Shown piece after piece: positions 17,536-26,538 of a stretch of 64,000 nucleotides of DNA (positions are counted from its first letter, which is position 1; every line of letters begins with the position of its first letter). The notes under the pieces are model-generated. The model was not told the DNA's origin. It did no database searches and saw only the letters and a program-made list of their open reading frames with translations. Location: assembly GCA_028279475.1 (NCBI GenBank), contig JANQNR010000011.1, forward strand, positions 4,082 through 68,081. Reading direction: 5' to 3'. This stretch comes from Rickettsiales bacterium. GTDB taxonomy: Bacteria; Pseudomonadota; Alphaproteobacteria; Rickettsiales; UBA998. Position numbers and translations under genes: made by a program.

Positions 17536-18030
17536 ATGGAATTTAAAGGAAAAGGTCGAGTATATCCTTTAAAATATAGCACTTCGGTTTTTCCACTGGT
17601 ATCGCAACTCTATCCGCAAATGAGTGAAGCACAATGCGCGCAGCGGTTTGAGCGGATTATGACGCAGGGCAATTACCAACTCCTGCTGGCACACACTGAG
17701 GCCGGCGAAGTGGTGGCCATGTGTGGCGTATGGATGGGCACGAAATTATGGTGCGGGAAATATCTGGAGTTAGATAATTTGGTAGTAGCACCCGATTACC
17801 GGGGACAGGGCATCAGTCGGCGCATGATGGATTTTGCGCTGAACTACGCCAAAGAACAGCAATGCGAGGCCATCGCACTCGATGTCTTCCAGCATAACGA
17901 TGCCGCCAACGGGCTTTATGATAAGGCGAGATTTGAAAGCCCCGGATTCCATCGCATGCTCTGGCTCAATGACGCCAACCGCACGATTGGTATGGGGTTG
18001 AAGCTGGAGGAAACGGCGGTGTCAGCATAA
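17536..18030 (+). CDS. GNAT family N-acetyltransferase
   Basis: LVVAPDYRGQGISRRMMDFALNYAKEQQCEAIALDVFQHNDAANGLYDKARFE is GNAT motif A. A 15-bp imperfect inverted repeat (17518-17551) spans the start codon. Confidence 0.85.
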   Translation: MEFKGKGRVYPLKYSTSVFPLVSQLYPQMSEAQCAQRFERIMTQGNYQLLLAHTEAGEVVAMCGVWMGTKLWCGKYLELDNLVVAPDYRGQGISRRMMDFALNYAKEQQCEAIALDVFQHNDAANGLYDKARFESPGFHRMLWLNDANRTIGMGLKLEETAVSA

Positions 18031-18063
18031 TGGATTACTCTGCACGATAAAACCATAGACAAT

Positions 18064-18079
18064 TGGCACCTAACTTGTT
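18064..18079 (+). promoter_or_regulatory. weak sigma54-like promoter upstream of the 80-aa ORF
   Basis: TGGCACCTAACTTGTT. The -24 element is perfect. The -12 element is TTGT rather than TTGC. Confidence 0.3.
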
Positions 18080-18114
18080 ACCAACTAACATTAATACGTT
18101 TATCTACGATAGAT

Positions 18115-18357
18115 ATGAAGCATATTGCCCATGAGGTTCTCGCCAAACGTGAGCCTTTGCAAATCAAAAACCAGCAGCAATTGCTTGAAATGCTGCTGTT
18201 TTCTTGGGTCGTTATCCAATTTTCCCAGCACGAAGGGGAATGGTGTGATACAAGACCGTACGAGGAACTGCTGCAATTAGCGGCACAGTTCCCTAAAGTG
18301 ATAAAGGTGTTAGAATCAACACCAGTCAGCCGGGATCTAAAACGTCACATGACGTGA
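18115..18357 (+). CDS. hypothetical protein (80 aa)
   Basis: ORF between divergent flagellar operons. No family recognised. A T8 run follows the stop. Confidence 0.45.
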   Translation: MKHIAHEVLAKREPLQIKNQQQLLEMLLFSWVVIQFSQHEGEWCDTRPYEELLQLAAQFPKVIKVLESTPVSRDLKRHMT

Positions 18358-18451
18358 CCTCATCAGAGCCCGGTTTTTTTTATAACAAATGCAACACGCC
18401 ATTGGTGATTGCTGCCCCATAGCCTGTTAAACCGCATGCACCGTTTACGGT

Positions 18452-18467
18452 TGGCACGATCTGTGCT
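18452..18467 (+). promoter_or_regulatory. sigma54 (-24/-12) promoter for fliL-fliM-...-motE
   Basis: TGGCACGATCTGTGCT, with GG and GC elements correctly spaced, 28 nt upstream of the fliL ATG. Confidence 0.55.
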
Positions 18468-18494
18468 TAATATTAATCAGCAAATTATGGAGAC

Positions 18495-19073
18495 ATGCAC
18501 ATGGCCGAAGATACAGAAGATGAAGACGTTGCAGAGAATGATGCCTCCGAAGACGAGGATGATGAAGACGCCCCCAAGAAAGGCAAACGCGGGCTGATAC
18601 TGATTATTGTCGCCGTGTTACTACTGGGCGGTGGAGCGGCATTGTTCTTTACCGGCATGCTCGACAGCCTGCTCGGTGCGCCTGAAGCCACCGAGGAAGC
18701 AGAAGCAATGGAAGAAGGTGAAATGGCTGAAGTTGGGGAAGACGGAAAAAAGAAAGCCGAAGAGACGGCTGCCGTCTATTATGAACTGCCCGGTATTGTT
18801 GCCAATCTGAATCCGGGATCGGCGACGCCCAGCTTTATTAAAGCCACACTAACGCTGGAAGCGCCCAGTCAGGAGGTTGTAGCTAAGATTCAGGCCGTTC
18901 AACCAAAAATCATGGATATCATTAATACCTATGTGCGGGAATTGCGTCCAAGCGACCTGAAAGGATCGGCAGGCGTGTACCGCCTGCGGGATGAATTATT
19001 GCTACGTATCAACAAAGCGTTGTTTCCTGACAAAATCAATAATATACTCTTTAAAGAACTGCTGATTCAGTAG
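18495..19073 (+). CDS. fliL: flagellar basal body-associated protein FliL
   Basis: Acidic N-terminus, one TM helix (LILIIVAVLLLGGGAALFF), then YYELPGIVANLN...FIKATLTLE...YRLRDELLLRINKAL, the FliL domain. Confidence 0.9.
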   Translation: MHMAEDTEDEDVAENDASEDEDDEDAPKKGKRGLILIIVAVLLLGGGAALFFTGMLDSLLGAPEATEEAEAMEEGEMAEVGEDGKKKAEETAAVYYELPGIVANLNPGSATPSFIKATLTLEAPSQEVVAKIQAVQPKIMDIINTYVRELRPSDLKGSAGVYRLRDELLLRINKALFPDKINNILFKELLIQ

Positions 19074-19091
19074 AAAGCGTATAGGAAGAGC

Positions 19092-20156
19092 ATGGCAGAC
19101 GACGATAACGAACCGGTAGATGATGACGCGGTAGCCGCCGAATGGGCGGCCATGGCCGATGGCGAGGACGATGCTTCCGGTGGGGAAGAAGAGGAAGAGC
19201 GCGTCTTAAATCAGGACGAAATCGACCTGCTGCTGGGCTTTGATGCTAAAGGTGGAGAAGAGGACAGTAATACGGGACTGGCTGCGATTCTGGGTAAATC
19301 GCACATGGCCTATGAAAAACTGCCCATGCTGGAAATCGTCTATGACCGAATGGTACGGGTACTCTCCACGTCGCTTCGTAACTTCACCTCCGATAATGTC
19401 GATGTCAGCATTGAATCTATGACTTCATTGCGGTTTGATGAATATGTCAATTCCATCCCTCTACCTGCACTAATTGTCGTGTATCGCGCCGTTGAATGGG
19501 AGAATTTCGGCCTGATCACGGTTGATAGCTCATTGATTTACTCCATGGTTGACGTGTTGCTTGGCGGTCGCCGCACTCATAAGTCCATCCGGGTGGAAGG
19601 ACGTCCCTATACGACAATTGAACAGGATATTGTGAAGTCTCTGGTGGAAATTGTACTGGGCGACATGAGTCAATCTTTTGATCCGGTATCACCGGTAACC
19701 TTTCAATATGAGCGCCTGGAAACCAACCCGCGCTTCGCGACCATCACCCGCCCCAATAACCCTGCCCTTTTGGTGAAGCTCCGTGTTGACATAGATGATC
19801 GCAGTGGCATTATCGAAGTATTGCTTCCTCATGAAACGCTGGAGCCCATCCGGGATCTACTCTCTCAAATTTTCATCGGCGAAAAATTCGGACAGGACAC
19901 TGCGTGGGAACGTCATATGGGGAACGAATTACGCAGTTCTTCCGTCCATCTCAGCGCCATGTTGGATGAAAAAGATGTCTCACTTGGTGATTTGATCCAT
20001 CTCAAAGTCGGCAGCACTATTCTTCTGGATAAAGAACCGCAGGATGACGTATATCTAAAATGCGACGGCATTACCGTAGGACGTGCTCGCCTTGGCCGCG
20101 TTGGTGATAAAATTGCCGTTTCACTGCTGGAACCACTCAGCGCACAACAGGAATAA
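19092..20156 (+). CDS. fliM: flagellar motor switch protein FliM
   Basis: LNQDEIDLLLGF (CheY-P binding motif), a FliM middle domain, and a C-terminal SpoA-like LKVGSTILLDKEP. Confidence 0.95.
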   Translation: MADDDNEPVDDDAVAAEWAAMADGEDDASGGEEEEERVLNQDEIDLLLGFDAKGGEEDSNTGLAAILGKSHMAYEKLPMLEIVYDRMVRVLSTSLRNFTSDNVDVSIESMTSLRFDEYVNSIPLPALIVVYRAVEWENFGLITVDSSLIYSMVDVLLGGRRTHKSIRVEGRPYTTIEQDIVKSLVEIVLGDMSQSFDPVSPVTFQYERLETNPRFATITRPNNPALLVKLRVDIDDRSGIIEVLLPHETLEPIRDLLSQIFIGEKFGQDTAWERHMGNELRSSSVHLSAMLDEKDVSLGDLIHLKVGSTILLDKEPQDDVYLKCDGITVGRARLGRVGDKIAVSLLEPLSAQQE

Positions 20157-20158
20157 AT

Positions 20159-20809
20159 ATGGAAGACATGGTTGTAACCCTGCTGCTGGATCTCTCTGTT
20201 GCCACCCTTCTCGGTGCCACCATTTTTTACTGCATTAAGCTGAACCACCGCATTCAAATCCTTCAGGATTCCAAATCGGAACTGGCACAATTGATCAAGC
20301 AGTTTGATGAATCCACCCAACAGGCCACCGTAAGCATTAATGAGATTCACCGTGCCAGCAAGCGTATCAATCAGAATATCCAGGAGAAACTCGACAAGGC
20401 AAACTATCTGGCTGATGATTTAGCGTTCATGATCGATCGTGCCAATAAAACCGCTGATAAGATCGAGCATCAAATTTCCGAGGGACGGCAAGTAGAAGGC
20501 AAAGCAAGAACCTCTACTGCAGCAGGAAACGAACGGCGCGCAACATCGGATCGTTCTTCGCGTAAACGGGAAGAACGCACCCGGTCGGAACGCTCAGAAG
20601 CACGGCGAACAACGAGTCCGGAAATTGAAGATGAACCTGCCAACCCTGATGATAAAAAAGGGATTGAAGCTATGATGGAACGCATCTCCGAATTGCGTTC
20701 CGGTCGTCAGGAAAGCGCCAAAACCAAACGCCCGGTAGCCCGGCTGCGCAGTAAATCCGAGCAGGATCTACTGCAGGCGCTGAAACAACGCGATGCCGGC
20801 AAGGGGTAA
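20159..20809 (+). CDS. flagellar-cluster membrane/coiled-coil protein (DUF6468-like, tentative)
   Basis: N-terminal TM helix, coiled coil, Arg/Ser-rich tail. Lies between fliM and motE, as in other alphaproteobacterial clusters (from memory). Confidence 0.55.
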   Translation: MEDMVVTLLLDLSVATLLGATIFYCIKLNHRIQILQDSKSELAQLIKQFDESTQQATVSINEIHRASKRINQNIQEKLDKANYLADDLAFMIDRANKTADKIEHQISEGRQVEGKARTSTAAGNERRATSDRSSRKREERTRSERSEARRTTSPEIEDEPANPDDKKGIEAMMERISELRSGRQESAKTKRPVARLRSKSEQDLLQALKQRDAGKG

Positions 20810-20815
20810 GCTCAT

Positions 20816-21604
20816 ATGGCACGATCACCAGGCATAAGAGTGCGTATTCTTCCGGTGACCATTGCGTCACTTAGCTTGTTATTGATGGCAAAAGTTTACG
20901 ATATTTATGAGACCGGTAACCGTTTCTCACGGATTTTTCTGGGCGGCACGGCACAAGCCCAGGCAGAAGAAGCTGCACCAACAGAAACAGCGGCTGCAGA
21001 TGCAGAAACCGATGTTGGAGAAGCATCAGAAGCAGAGAGCACAACAGCTGACAACGATGCGGCTTCTGATGAAACACAAATGGCTGCTGTCGATGCCACC
21101 CCTGACGAAACAACTGCTTTATCTGACGATGACATGGTAGATGCTCAGGACAAGCGTGAATTTTCTGAAATTGAGCTGGATATTCTGCAAAGCCTTTCCA
21201 AGCGACGAGAGGCATTGGACGCGCTGGAAGAAGAGGTACGATTAAAGGAAAGCCTGCTGGAATCAACAGAGTTACGACTAGATCAGAAAATTGAACAAAT
21301 CAAGCAACTGGATGCTACGGTTCGAGAATTACTGCGTGAGTATGATGAGGAAGAAGAAGCTAAAATCCGTTCTCTGGTAAAAATATATGAGAATATGAAA
21401 CCGAAGGAAGCAGCACGCATTTTTGATGAGCTGGACATGCCGATCCTGCTGCTGGTGGTAGATCGTATGTCAGAACGTCGGGCTGCACCGATACTGGCCA
21501 AGATGTCGCCCCTTAAAGCCAAATTCCTGACACAGGAACTAGCAGAAGATCGGAAACTCCGTACCCAGCAGGAAACGGAACTGAACAATCTCACAGGGCA
21601 ATAA
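20816..21604 (+). CDS. motE: MotE-family flagellar protein (MgtE_N-like domain)
   Basis: Signal/TM region, acidic low-complexity region, then IRSLVKIYENMKPKEAARIFDELDMPILLLVVDRMSERRAAPILAKMSPLKA. Confidence 0.75.
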   Translation: MARSPGIRVRILPVTIASLSLLLMAKVYDIYETGNRFSRIFLGGTAQAQAEEAAPTETAAADAETDVGEASEAESTTADNDAASDETQMAAVDATPDETTALSDDDMVDAQDKREFSEIELDILQSLSKRREALDALEEEVRLKESLLESTELRLDQKIEQIKQLDATVRELLREYDEEEEAKIRSLVKIYENMKPKEAARIFDELDMPILLLVVDRMSERRAAPILAKMSPLKAKFLTQELAEDRKLRTQQETELNNLTGQ

Positions 21605-21615
21605 CCCGTCGCCTA

Positions 21616-22944
21616 ATGAGTGATCCCCTTCCCGCCATATCGCTGCATCAGGTTGAGAAAACCTACCGTATTTACCGCCGTCCCAGCGACCGCTTGAAGC
21701 AATCGCTTGTAAGAGGTCGCAAGCACTATTTTACCGAACATAAGGCGCTGCATCCACTCACACTCGACATTCCTAAAGGACAAACTGTGGGGGTGATCGG
21801 CGTTAATGGTTCCGGTAAATCCACCTTGTTGCAACTGATAACCCGTACATTGACACCCACCGGAGGATCGCTGAGTGTGCGTGGACGCGTCTCGGCGCTA
21901 CTGGAGCTGGGTGCCGGTTTTAACCCGGAATTTACCGGACGGGAGAATATTTTTCTTAATGCCAGCATCATGGGTATGTCACGCGAGGAAATTGCTGAGC
22001 GTTATGACGGCATTATGGAATTTTCCGGCCTGGCACCGCATCTGCTAGAACAGCCAGTATCCACCTATTCCAGCGGTATGTATGTCCGGCTGGCCTTCGC
22101 CGTCGCGATTGCCGTTAATCCTGACATCCTGATTGTAGATGAAGCACTGGCCGTGGGTGATGAAGGGTTTCAACGCAAATGCTTTGCCCGCATTCAGGAA
22201 CTCCAACAGGCAGGAGCAACCATCCTGTTTGTGTCTCATTCCGCCCGAACCATTATCGATCTCTGTAACCATGCCCTACTGCTGGATGCTGGTGAATTAC
22301 TGATGCAGGGTGCACCGGCACAGGTCGTCGCTGCTTACCACCACATGTTGTTCGCGCAGGAAGAGGAACGCCCTGCCATTCGTACACGCATTCAAGAGGG
22401 CACCATTGACGACCCTGATGCCAGTGAAATATCGGCCACTGACAACATATTTAACGTGCCGGAAACCTACCGCGCTTATCCACCGGATGGCGGCGTCATC
22501 TCTAATATAACATTAGTTGACGAGGCGGGAAAAGAAACACGCCGATTGCAATCAGGACAGACCTACCAACTACGCTACAACCTGACAACAGACCAACCGC
22601 TAAATCATGTGCGCTGTACGATGATGATGAAGACCATGACCGGCATCGAACTTGCCGGCGCCATGTATCAGGGAGACGCTCATGATTTTGACCATATCCA
22701 AGCGGGTACAAGCATTGAATTATGCTTTCGCTTCACCTGCACCCTGACTAAAGGCGACTATTTTATCAATGTCGGCGCCGTGGAAGAAACCTTCGGCACC
22801 TACCGCTTCATTCACCGTATCGTGGACGCCTTACATATCAAGGTGGAAGACTCTGCTCACACGGAAGATGAGACCATGCGCCCGCGAGGTTGGATGGATA
22901 TGGGTATTACCTGTAGTTCAGTACCTAGTCCAATGTATAGCTAG
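21616..22944 (+). CDS. polysaccharide/O-antigen-type ABC transporter ATP-binding protein (Wzt/TagH/KpsT-like) with an extra C-terminal domain of about 190 aa
   Basis: YRIYRRPSDRLKQSL...GVIGVNGSGKSTLLQLI...LELGAGFNPEFTGRENI...YSSGMYVRLAFAVA...ILIVDEALAVGD. No Wzm permease gene in the window. Confidence 0.85.
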   Translation: MSDPLPAISLHQVEKTYRIYRRPSDRLKQSLVRGRKHYFTEHKALHPLTLDIPKGQTVGVIGVNGSGKSTLLQLITRTLTPTGGSLSVRGRVSALLELGAGFNPEFTGRENIFLNASIMGMSREEIAERYDGIMEFSGLAPHLLEQPVSTYSSGMYVRLAFAVAIAVNPDILIVDEALAVGDEGFQRKCFARIQELQQAGATILFVSHSARTIIDLCNHALLLDAGELLMQGAPAQVVAAYHHMLFAQEEERPAIRTRIQEGTIDDPDASEISATDNIFNVPETYRAYPPDGGVISNITLVDEAGKETRRLQSGQTYQLRYNLTTDQPLNHVRCTMMMKTMTGIELAGAMYQGDAHDFDHIQAGTSIELCFRFTCTLTKGDYFINVGAVEETFGTYRFIHRIVDALHIKVEDSAHTEDETMRPRGWMDMGITCSSVPSPMYS

Positions 22945-23759
22945 CTTACTTTCGTGGCAGATGGACTTGCACGCATTATCAGTACCAATCCGATCACTAT
23001 CATGGGCAATGATAGGAGTTGTCCCATACTCAGCACACTAACAATAAATCCCAAATGCGCATCTGGCTCGCGAACAAATTCTACAGCAAATCGCGCCAGC
23101 CCATAACCGGCTAGAAACACGCCAGAAAGCATGCCGGGACGACTCAATGCATGTGTCTTACGCACCAGAAACCAGAGGATAATAAATAATACCAATCCTT
23201 CCAAGACTGCCTCATAGAGCTGACTTGGATGTCGCGGTAATTCGCCCCCACGTGGGAACACCACGCCCCAACTTATCTCTGTCACCCGGCCATACAGCTC
23301 ACCATTGACAAAATTGGCCAACCGTCCAAAAAACAACCCGATTGGCACGGCGCAACAAATGCGATCCATCAAGGGGACATAAGGCAGTTTCTGTAGTCGG
23401 GCAAATAGGTAAAAGGCAAAGATAACTCCCAACGCGCCCCCATGGAAGCTCATCCCTCCCTGCCATAATTTGAGCGCATCACCGGGATACTCCAAGAAAT
23501 ACGGGAAATTATAAAATAGCACGTATCCCAAGCGCCCGCCCAGCACGACACCCAATACACCCCAGAGCACCATATCATCCAGTTGCTTCTTACTTAAAAG
23601 CGGTGTTGGTGAGGTTTTGTCCAACCGGCCAATATACCACCATCCCCCCAAAATCCCGACAATATAGGCCAGCGCATACCAGCGAATGGCCAGCGGCCCG
23701 AGTTGCACAGCAATCGGGTCAATCTCCGGGAAGGTTAGCGCGGTGATAGCGGCATACAT
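22941..23759 (-). CDS. lgt: prolipoprotein diacylglyceryl transferase
   Basis: IRWYALAYIVGILGGWWY...GGRLGYVLFYN...GGMSFHGGALGVI...GRLANFVNGELYGR...RHPSQLYEA. Confidence 0.95.
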   Translation of the reverse strand: MYAAITALTFPEIDPIAVQLGPLAIRWYALAYIVGILGGWWYIGRLDKTSPTPLLSKKQLDDMVLWGVLGVVLGGRLGYVLFYNFPYFLEYPGDALKLWQGGMSFHGGALGVIFAFYLFARLQKLPYVPLMDRICCAVPIGLFFGRLANFVNGELYGRVTEISWGVVFPRGGELPRHPSQLYEAVLEGLVLFIILWFLVRKTHALSRPGMLSGVFLAGYGLARFAVEFVREPDAHLGFIVSVLSMGQLLSLPMIVIGLVLIMRASPSATKVS

Positions 23760-23886
23760 ACTGTGTGTATAGCAGGGTTATGCTCCGGATACATCCAGAA
23801 TATGAGTGTACGAGCAAACCAGTTGCAATGATGGCGTTATCAATGTATCAAGGTCATAAGATGTTGACTACGAGGAATTCGCTTTA

Positions 23887-24132
23887 ATGGATTCACTAGC
23901 TTATTATGCTAAAATTGATTTAGGTCTGTTTTGCGTATTAACAACTGTCTCGTTTATAATCCTTATTTTCGCTTCTTTCACCGGAGCGGTCGAAAAATAT
24001 AGTTATGAAAACCGGCTACGTCTTTTAATAGGCGTGCCATTAGGGTTGATTACTGGATTCGATCTAGGAGTAGGAATAGTATGGGTATTTACTGACGGTC
24101 TTAACATCCTCACCAACCTGCCCTCACAGTAG
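23887..24132 (+). CDS. hypothetical small membrane protein (81 aa)
   Basis: AT-rich ORF with 2-3 predicted TM helices. A weak hairpin plus a T8 run follows it. Confidence 0.4.
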   Translation: MDSLAYYAKIDLGLFCVLTTVSFIILIFASFTGAVEKYSYENRLRLLIGVPLGLITGFDLGVGIVWVFTDGLNILTNLPSQ

Positions 24133-24223
24133 CGCAGGTTTTTTTTCGCCCGGCTTAGCAGTTAACCCTTGCGCTGACGCGGCGTTGCGCTACTGTGTGG
24201 CAAACATCGATACGAGGTCACCC

Positions 24224-25282
24224 ATGGATAAGCAAAAGGCGCTAGAAAGCGCATTATCTCAAATTGAAAAAGCCCACGGCAAAGGCTCCATCATGAAACT
24301 GGGGCAACAGGAACATTTGGAAGTAGAGGCCATCTCCACCGGCTCGATCGGTCTGGACATTGCGCTCGGCGTCGGCGGCATCCCGAAGGGGCGTATCGTT
24401 GAGATTTACGGCCCGGAAAGTTCGGGCAAGACTACGCTTACCCTGCACGCCATTGCCGAATGTCAGAAAGCTGGTGGCACCTGTGCGTTTGTCGATGCCG
24501 AGCATGCGCTCGATCCGGTTTATGCTAAGAAACTGGGCGTCAATGTCGACGAACTACTGATTTCCCAGCCCGATGCGGGTGAACAGGCACTGGAAATCGC
24601 CGATACGTTGGTGCGCTCCGGTGCGATCGACCTGCTGGTGATTGACTCCGTCGCCGCCCTCGTCCCTAAGGCCGAGCTGGAAGGCGAAATGGGTGATGCG
24701 CATATGGGCTTGCAGGCGCGGCTGATGTCGCAGGCACTCCGTAAACTGACCAGCAATATCTCGCGCACCAACTGCACGGTGATCTTCATCAACCAGATTC
24801 GTCAGAAGATCGGTGTCATGTTCGGCAATCCCGAAACCACCACAGGAGGGAACGCCCTGAAATTCTATGCTTCCGTTCGTCTGGATATTCGCCGTATCGG
24901 TGCACTCAAGGATAAAGATGAAGTGATTGGCAACCAGACCCGCGTGAAAGTCGTCAAGAACAAGGTCGCCCCACCCTTCCGCACCGTGGAATTCGACATT
25001 CTCTACGGCGAGGGTATTTCCCGCTTCGGCGAATTGATTGATTTGGGTGTCAAAGCCAATATCGTTGAAAAAGCCGGTTCCTGGTTCTCCTATAACGACC
25101 AACGTATCGGCCAAGGCAAGGAAAATGCCCGCCAGTTCTTAAAAGATAACCAGGCAGTCGCCAAAGAAATTCGCAGCAAGATCATGGCAGATGCCGGGAT
25201 TATTGATGAGATACAGGATATCGGAAATGAAGCGGAATCCTTTGAAGCAACCATGCCTGCAAAGGATATGGAAGTCGCATAA
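24224..25282 (+). CDS. recA: recombinase RecA
   Basis: ATG at 24224 with a [34 protein letters not shown]...[10 protein letters not shown]... Confidence 0.97.
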   Translation: MDKQKALESALSQIEKAHGKGSIMKLGQQEHLEVEAISTGSIGLDIALGVGGIPKGRIVEIYGPESSGKTTLTLHAIAECQKAGGTCAFVDAEHALDPVYAKKLGVNVDELLISQPDAGEQALEIADTLVRSGAIDLLVIDSVAALVPKAELEGEMGDAHMGLQARLMSQALRKLTSNISRTNCTVIFINQIRQKIGVMFGNPETTTGGNALKFYASVRLDIRRIGALKDKDEVIGNQTRVKVVKNKVAPPFRTVEFDILYGEGISRFGELIDLGVKANIVEKAGSWFSYNDQRIGQGKENARQFLKDNQAVAKEIRSKIMADAGIIDEIQDIGNEAESFEATMPAKDMEVA

Positions 25283-25298
25283 TATACCGGCCTGATGC

Positions 25299-25949
25299 AT
25301 GACTGCTATTGCTCCCTCCATTCTTTCTGCTGACTTCGCCCGGCTGGGTGAGGAAGTGCAGGCCATTACCGGCGCAGGTGCCGACTATGTGCATGTCGAC
25401 GTGATGGACGGGCATTTCGTGCCCAACCTGACCATCGGCGCCGGGGTAGTGAAGGCCATTAAGCCGCATACCTATCTCCCGCTGGATGTGCATCTGATGA
25501 TCGACAACCCGGATGCCTATATTGAAGACTTCGCCAAAGCAGGCGCTGACATTCTCACCATCCATTATGAAGCGACGCCGCACGCGCATCGCACCCTACA
25601 ATCCATTCGTGCACAGGGAATAAAGGCCGGACTTTCGCTGGTGCCCTCTACCCCGGCAGAAGCGGTCGAATACCTATTGGATAGTGTCGACTTGATTCTG
25701 GTGATGAGCGTCAATCCCGGCTTTGGTGGGCAGTCCTTTATCCCTTCGCAACTGGAAAAAATCCGTAAACTACGTGCCATGATCGATGCGTCCGGTCATA
25801 ATATTCTGCTCGAAGTGGACGGCGGTATTAATGCCAATACTGCCCGGCAGGCGGTTGACGCAGGCGCAACCATGCTGGTTGCCGGATCAGCCGTGTTTAC
25901 CGGTGATCCCGCCGAGTACACAAAGAATATCGAAGCATTGCGGCCATGA
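25299..25949 (+). CDS. rpe: ribulose-phosphate 3-epimerase
   Basis: [17 protein letters not shown]...[16 protein letters not shown]...[13 protein letters not shown]. Confidence 0.95.
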   Translation: MTAIAPSILSADFARLGEEVQAITGAGADYVHVDVMDGHFVPNLTIGAGVVKAIKPHTYLPLDVHLMIDNPDAYIEDFAKAGADILTIHYEATPHAHRTLQSIRAQGIKAGLSLVPSTPAEAVEYLLDSVDLILVMSVNPGFGGQSFIPSQLEKIRKLRAMIDASGHNILLEVDGGINANTARQAVDAGATMLVAGSAVFTGDPAEYTKNIEALRP

Positions 25950-26515
25950 CCGACTTCCATGCACAGGCCGCCGAGCATAACCGGGTCGTGGAACATTTTT
26001 TTGTCGGCTATGCGTCTGCACTTGCTGACCTCGCAAATACAATTGGCACCTGCCTCCAGCAGGGCAACAAATTATTACTATGCGGCAATGGCGGCAGTGC
26101 CTGTGATGCCATGCACATTGCCGGGGAGTTTGTCGGACGTTTCAAGCGGGAACGGCAGGGACTCGCGGCCATTGCGCTTTCCGCCGATAGCGGCATCCTT
26201 ACCGCGCTTGGTAATGATTACGGGTTTGAACGCATTTTCGCCCGGCAGGTGGAAACATTAGGCAATCCCGGTGACCTGCTTATTGCCCTGTCCACCTCTG
26301 GTCAAAGCCCCAACGTACTAGCAGCCATGGAAGCCGCTAAAGTGCAAAGTATCTCTGTCGCACTGTTCACAGGAACAAATGGCACTGAAAAAGCCGCGCA
26401 AACACAACATGGCTTCGTCATTGACAGCACAGATACCGCACGTATTCAGGAATGTACCATGCTGGCACTGCATCTACTGGCGGAAGGGGTTGAAAACGGG
26501 TTGCCATCCTCCTAG
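25946..26515 (+). CDS. gmhA: SIS-domain protein (phosphoheptose isomerase GmhA / DiaA-like)
   Basis: [24 protein letters not shown]...[25 protein letters not shown]...[13 protein letters not shown]. Confidence 0.8.
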   Translation: MTDFHAQAAEHNRVVEHFFVGYASALADLANTIGTCLQQGNKLLLCGNGGSACDAMHIAGEFVGRFKRERQGLAAIALSADSGILTALGNDYGFERIFARQVETLGNPGDLLIALSTSGQSPNVLAAMEAAKVQSISVALFTGTNGTEKAAQTQHGFVIDSTDTARIQECTMLALHLLAEGVENGLPSS

Positions 26516-26538
26516 TTTGTTTGGATGGAGATAGTTAT

